From the NCBI GenBank assembly GCA_964019335.1, contig OZ025672.1:186001-250000 (forward strand): DNA of 64,000 bases, read 5' to 3'. How positions within the stretch are numbered: the first letter of the stretch is position 1; each line of letters begins with the position of its first letter. Under the pieces are notes generated by a model, which saw nothing but the letters and a program-made list of their open reading frames with translations, had not been told where the DNA came from and did not search any database. The position numbers and the translations under genes are program-made. Positions 58,305 to 64,000 of this stretch are shown piece after piece. Source of the DNA: Diplonema japonicum (taxonomy: Eukaryota > Protista > Euglenozoa: Diplonemea).

Positions 58305-60897
58305 CACTAAAGGACCATGAGGACATATGTGTCCTTAAGAAAAATTATCTTTTCTATGTGACACTTTTTTGTGCCATACAGCCCCTGGACTTTACTAAGA
58401 CCCATTGTTCCGCGATTTTTTTTTTTTTTTTTGAAATACCCTTTTGCGCGAAGAACAAACACACCCCCAAGGGGGTTGCTTGGTGTCCTTTTGTACTTGG
58501 TATTTGAGAGCAGCTCCTCAGGACCTTCTGAAGAGGTTCTTCCAACTCCAGCACCACCTCAGATGAGGGTGGTGTGCGTTGGGGGGACAAATATCAACCG
58601 TACACCGGCCAAGAAATGACATGGGTACAGGGGTCCAGCAACATGGATAGGCTACAACTTTTCAGTTGTTTATCGCAAACAGCTTGCTGAGGTCCATTAT
58701 CAGCTGTTCAAAGGTGTATGCCACATCCAAGGGCACCACGTTCGACGCAGACGTGGTACAACTGAACACCTGGATCGCCGTCTGGGTTCTGCCCGCCTTG
58801 ATGGACGAAGTCTGCAGGGCGGGCGTCAAGGACTACTGGTCTACAAAGGAAGAGATTACAACGCCTTACATAGGCCGTGTCCTGGGCCGCAACACATTTC
58901 TCCATATCTTCTTGTTGTGTCCACTTTGGCTCACAGGGCAACGGGACACTATCAAAAGTGGAGATGCTGCATTCCCGGCCTCCCCAGCTGGAAAGCTGCA
59001 TACCACCCCCGGTCAAGGGCTGAGCATTGATTCGCTCCTTCTCCCGCCTTAAGCACAGCGTTTTTCAACCAGCTAAACGCAAGCGCTATGGCTTTAAGGT
59101 GTACTCCGTCGGGGTGCGCGCTTAACATTAGAAGTTACCCTGGTGGGGACCCGAAGGACACGGTACCACGTCTTCTGCGACAGTTCGAGCATCGTGGTCA
59201 CTGGGTTGCGATGGATAATCTTTATTCTAATTACCAGTTCTTCTGCTCTCTTTTGAGTACGGGTATGCATGCTATCGGAGGTTCAGCGCAACAGAAAAAT
59301 ACAACCCCATGGGCACGGTTCAACTCCGGAAGACGACAGTGGGCAGAAAAACGAAAAAGGAGGCCAGCAAACAAATCTCACGCCATGACAGAGTCATGCG
59401 GCAGAGTTCGGACAGCATCCGGTTCCTCTTGTGGCACGGCCGTACTAAACCCGTGTTAACCTTTTCGGCTTTGCCTATAATTTTGCCTTTAATCTCTACG
59501 ACTTTGCCTATAGTATAAAATTCACCTCAAGGCTGTGCCAAAAATAAAATAAAAAAAAAAACAATTTTACACCTGCAAAACGTGCAATGTTGCCCTGTGC
59601 CCGGAGTGCTTTGAGATTTTTCATACAAAAAATGACTACCCTGACATGATAAAATACCGACAATTCTGGGGACGCTTGAAAAAAAAAATCCTCAAGGGCT
59701 TCAGCGTCCGCCAGGACCCAATGTTGGAAGAAAATCGACATCTGTAGAAGAAAAAAAAAGTGAGGGATGCTGTCCTCCACCCAAGCGCCCTCGAGTGAGT
59801 TGAGCAAAGTCGCTCGCGATGCTCGGTACTGTGTCGTATATTTCCTCTCCCGACCCCGTATGAACACTAAGTAAGCCCCCCTGCATGGAAAATATACTGT
59901 TTTTTTTTACCCCCTGGGTCACGTGCTTTTTAAAGGGTATAGTGTACTTTCCTATGGTTAAACTCTCGTATTTTTTTTTTTTCCCGGGTTCATAAATAGA
60001 CGGTCCTTGGCACTTTTTTCGCCAAAACCCCCGGTCCTTTAGTGGTTAAACATTATCTATAGCATACCCATAGCATTAGGCAAAAATGCTGCTAGCACCG
60101 CAGGTGGCGCACCCACAAAAAAATACTTTGGCGCGTACACCGCATCACGGAGCGCAAGCTTACGGGCGAAGGTTAGAAAGTGAGTACCAGGGTATCTAGG
60201 GATTTTTTTTTTTCCCCCCCTTTCCCCATGCATACTGAGTATCCCACGCTGCCGCTTTTGTAAAAGGAATTGCAATGACAGTGGACACCATTCCAGCAAG
60301 GCCACCCGCTGTGAACGCGTGGAGGGTAGTCAGAGGAAGAGAATCCTGCGGGGGCTGAGGAAGGTTCCTCTTAAAGTACAGAGTACACGAGAACATAGCC
60401 GACACAGCAGCAGTGTCTCGAATACAAGCATGCCGGACACCCTTGAAGAGCTCCGCAGGCTTCGTCACAACTATCTTACCCTTGTTAAAATTAAACGCCT
60501 TCCCAGTGTCCGCGTGCCACTGCACAATGTTGTTATGAGGCGTAGAAAGGAGTGCGTTGCAGCAACCTGCAAAGGCACCTGCAGTTGCAGTGTGGAAGTA
60601 AGCACCGCCAGGAAACTGGTGCTTTTCTATGTAGTGATACGCTCGGTCGTAAGCATCAAACATGGCCGCTCCGACAAGCATTTCCACCGCGACGTTGCTG
60701 AAGAACGGCTTGCCGTCGGGCTTCGATGTCACTTCGGTAGCCTTGGACCTGTTCTTCCACTTCTTCTTCGCAAAATATACAATTACCTTCATTTGTGCTG
60801 GTCGCGTAATGACTCGAAACACGCCGAGAACTGCTCCTCTGAGCGCACCGCCTGCTTGCGTGCCCCACCCGTTGAGGTCCAATTCTTGTAAGTTCAT
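58154..60897 (-). CDS. Divergent mitochondrial carrier (SLC25 fold), ~298 aa, three exons
   Basis: Exons 60897-60236, 60195-60068 and 58260-58154. Introns are 40 nt and 1807 nt, the latter containing a piggyBac element. AGAFAG...LSTP, LFKG...CIRD, AGGLAG...AIP and FFVGAPPAVLAAFLPNAMGMAAM patterns. The spliced length matches the usual ~300-aa carrier. Confidence 0.75.
58304..60045 (+). mobile_element. Non-autonomous piggyBac element inside an intron
   Basis: Perfect 13-bp terminal inverted repeats CCACTAAAGGACC / GGTCCTTTAGTGG, with TTAA on the right and TTAAA on the left. Remnants VKDYWST, LGRNTF, PGQGLSID, KRYGFKVY, GHWVAMDNLYS and W...KPV. Confidence 0.92.
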
Positions 60898-60968
60898 TTT
60901 TTTCTTTTTTTCCCTACGATTTCTTTTTCTTTTTTTTTCCAAAAACGGGGGGGAAGTAGGGGAGGGTA

Positions 60969-61264
60969 TTAAACACTGCTGCTTGAAGTTTCAGCACCCA
61001 AACCTTGCTGGCTTGCGTTTTCCATTAAATCGGGCGGCTTCTTACCCGACACCACGGTTTTAACCAGACCCGTACAGGCTTGTAGCCCCACAACCCAAAT
61101 GCAGAACCTGGATGCGATTGTATGGTTAAATTTTTGAATTGCATACCCAATGCAAATCCCCAGCAAACCCACCACCGATACCAGTATGTCTACCCCACTG
61201 CCTCTCCAATCCACAAAGCCCCATCCTGCGGTAATGAATACTAAAACAAACAGAATCCTTCCGA

Positions 61265-61268
<4 letters not shown>
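60969..61268 (-). CDS. Small multi-pass membrane protein (99 aa)
   Basis: Poly(A)-ATG MLGRILFVLVF, about three hydrophobic segments, homopolymer-free composition. Confidence 0.6.
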
Positions 61269-61296
<28 letters not shown>

Positions 61297-61809
61297 TGGG
61301 GAGAGAAGGCTTTTTCCCCTATGAGATACAGATCATACGTGTCGGGGGGAGGGGAAGAATGAAGCAAAAAAAAAAAAAATAATAAATAAATAAAAAACAA
61401 AACAAAACAAAAGAAGAGAAGAGAAAAAAAAAAGAAAAGGGAAACCTGCAGTACGTGGCAGGATCGGTTGAAAAGGCAATCACCTTTTATCTAGTGTGTG
61501 GGGAACCTTTTTTAAATGACGAAAAAAAAAAGAGACACAACAATGCCAAAAAAGAGAAGGGGGAAGGGAGTGGAAAGAACAGGCAAGGTATTCTTTTGAT
61601 TTTTCTTTTTATTTATTTATTTATTTATTTGTCTTTTGCTACGATAACCTTAAAAAAAAAAAAAAAAAAGAAGAGTTTTCTTTCTTTCTGTTCACCACCA
61701 TGATAAAAAAAGATAATGGGGGAAAGAAAAAAAAAGAGAACAAAAAAAAAAAAAAAAGAAAGAATGAATAGTGATATAAAAAAAAAATTGTTTTGATGCG
61801 ATTCAGCGC

Positions 61810-61837
<28 letters not shown>

Positions 61838-61840
<3 letters not shown>

Positions 61841-63994
61841 AGAGTGATAGCTCCATGCCACAGAATGATGTCTTGGGATCACAATGTCAAAGTCGGGAAG
61901 CCCAAGAACGGCTGTTGAGTCTTGAATGGGCACGACAGAAGTGGTTTCCTCAGCCTCAAAGGGCGCAAGGCGTACAAGCTGAGGACATTCATCCAGCAGT
62001 GTGCCTGCGATAGATTTTTGAAGCGCGACAAAATCCTGGGATCCAGAGACCAAGGAATCAACGTCTTCAGGAATATCAGGCGCCACCCCGAGCTTAACCT
62101 CAGCAAGGGTCCTGTATACACCACAGTCCGTTCTGCGCAGCTCATCCCACATCCCAAGGGATGCCATGCACAGCGTTCTCGCCTCGGCGATGGTGGCCTG
62201 TGTGAGGACCTTAGCATCGTTGAACAGTTTGAAGTCTATGCTCGCGTGTAACAAACTACTGTGTGCCACAACATGTCCCGCATGAAGCAAAGCATACTTC
62301 TCCACAACTTGCTTTGCCTGAACAGGTTTCTTCCCTATCATATCAACGGGATCGTCCCGAACAGCAATTGCTGCCTGAAGCGCTTCCCTGCCATGCTGGA
62401 CCACGTCAGTTGGGTTCTTTGCTGAAAGGCTCATGAAGTAAAGACACAATCCATATTCGTTTTTCATGTGGCATTTCTTCGCCAGACTCAGTGCTTTTGA
62501 CGCTTGTGTGTACATGTTATGCAGATCGCCGAGCTTGTGGTACGCCTCAGTAACCTTGATGAGAACCGAGAACTCCTCGCAAGGCTTGATGACCAGCCCG
62601 TTCTCCGTCTTTTGCAAGATATTCATCAGCAATGGTACCGCTGTTGCATACGCACGCTGGCCCATGTGCACGGAGACACGCTTCATGGCATCTAGGTAAT
62701 CCTTCTCGTACCGATCCCGTTGCTCTGCTTTGGCCAATCGGATCATGTGCAAGCCCTGTTCCTGCATCATCCTGTCCTCTTCCGCCGCCACTTTGTTCAG
62801 CCTCTCCACAAGAACCTGTTGCAGTTTTTTGTGCCTTTCCTTTTTGCAGTCCCCGCCCATCTTCTGGCTCTTCTGCACCGTGAACAGCTTCGCCAACAGC
62901 TCCTCTTCGCCTTCTTCGTCCGTCTTCTCCTTTTCCTTTTTCTTTGTCTTTTTCTTCTGCTCCACTGGCACCTCAATCGCTTCGACCTCCTGCTCGTCTT
63001 CTGAGCTTGACACACTTGACTCTGACTGGTACGCAGGTAAAGCGGTTTGTTTTTTCTTAGGCTTCTGCACAGGGGGCTGCTTGGCTGTGACTGGTTGAGC
63101 TGCGGGTTTTCCTCTAGCTTCCTTCCATCCGCCTTTTGACTGTGCAGGCTTCTGTGTTTTAGCCTCTTTTGGTACAGGGGTGCTTGGAACCTGACGTTTA
63201 ATGAGCTCCATTTCACTGGTGTTGACGGCAGACTTGAACCGCTCGTTGTTGTTGGCAGGACGCTTTGGTTTAGCAGGCTGTTGATGTTGTGGAGAGGGCA
63301 GGGCAGGGACCTGCTGCTTCTGTTTATTCGGCTGCTTACTCTGAATTTGTGTAGCGAGAGTTGCTTCGATCTGCAGATGACTAGTCTCCTTCACTGCACT
63401 CTGCACCTTAGCATTCCCAAGCCGCACAACATCAGCAAGCGTCCTCCTAACTTTCACGCAAGTGTAGCTAAGAATAGAGGTGACGGCAGCCATGATCGTG
63501 GGCATAAGGAGGGGGCTCATACGGAACTCATCCCAATCATAATTCGCAGGGAGAGGTGCGGGGTAAGATTGCTCCATCACAGGGTAGGGGTGGGTCGGTG
63601 GAGGGAGCGGCGGCGGTGCTGTATTCTGCCCATAAGGGTCATGCATCCAAGAAGAGGACTGCCTCGGGATCTCTTCCTGTTGTGTGTATCCACCATACGC
63701 GTCATATGTGGTGTAAGAGTAATATTCGTTCGAGTACTCCTGGGTGCTCCCATACATCATCTGGTAGCAGTCTTCACAGGCGCAGCCAGTGAAACCAGTG
63801 TGTTCTACTCTTTCTTCGCCCTCCATCAGCACCTCGCCCTCCATCAGCACCTCGTTCTCTATCAGTACTTCGTCCTCTTTTATGATCCCGGAGCCTGGCA
63901 CGAACTCCTTGCTCGAAGGATTCAGCCCCACCTTGTGCATCTTCTGTTTTTTGTCGGAAAACACAGGCTCTTCTCGGTGCTCATTGTTACTCAT
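61838..63994 (-). CDS. PAM2-motif protein with a C-terminal helical-repeat (TPR-like) region (718 aa or more)
   Basis: LNPSSKEFVP matches the PAM2 consensus LNxxAxEFxP. Y/P- and Q/K/E-rich linkers, then helical repeats such as AYHKLGDLHNMYTQASKALSLA. The frame is open to the window edge. Confidence 0.75.
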
Positions 63995-64000
63995 CGCACC

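Noticed and set aside
1-64000. tRNA, rRNA or spliced-leader RNA genes
   Set aside because: I saw no cloverleaf/T-loop, rRNA or SL-exon-like sequence by eye. tRNAscan-SE and Infernal would be needed to exclude them formally.

Overview
Eukaryotic nuclear DNA, not prokaryotic. All 25 supportable host protein-coding genes lie on the minus strand as one unidirectional cluster. They are separated by intergenic DNA dominated by A/T/G/C homopolymer runs. The ORF track breaks several genes because they contain tiny (31-70 nt) GT-AG introns, mostly GTATG...AG and often filled with poly(A). I reconstructed 17 introns by hand (16 tiny, plus one expanded by a transposon), and removing them restores coherent proteins. 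The single-strand cluster plus GTATG cis-introns suggests a euglenozoan, possibly a diplonemid (inference). Genes include a Myb protein, ALDH3, an exosome RNase PH subunit, UPRT, a SOS1/SLC9C-type Na+/H+ exchanger, a ZnT9-like transporter, a cyclin, PP2C, NBS1, a Fringe-like glycosyltransferase, a DNAJC22-like protein and an SLC25 carrier. Mobile DNA comprises three degenerate piggyBac elements (one inside a carrier-gene intron), a dispersed strand-biased repeat family and several hairpin/MITE-like elements. The main findings are: (1) three tandem genes encoding an identical 49-aa microprotein that differ only at synonymous sites; (2) a Na+/H+ exchanger with a Cys-rich ectodomain and a ubiquitin-like domain where SLC9C1 has its voltage sensor; (3) poly(A)-filled micro-introns lacking a polypyrimidine tract; (4) a SIDER-like, orientation-biased repeat family.
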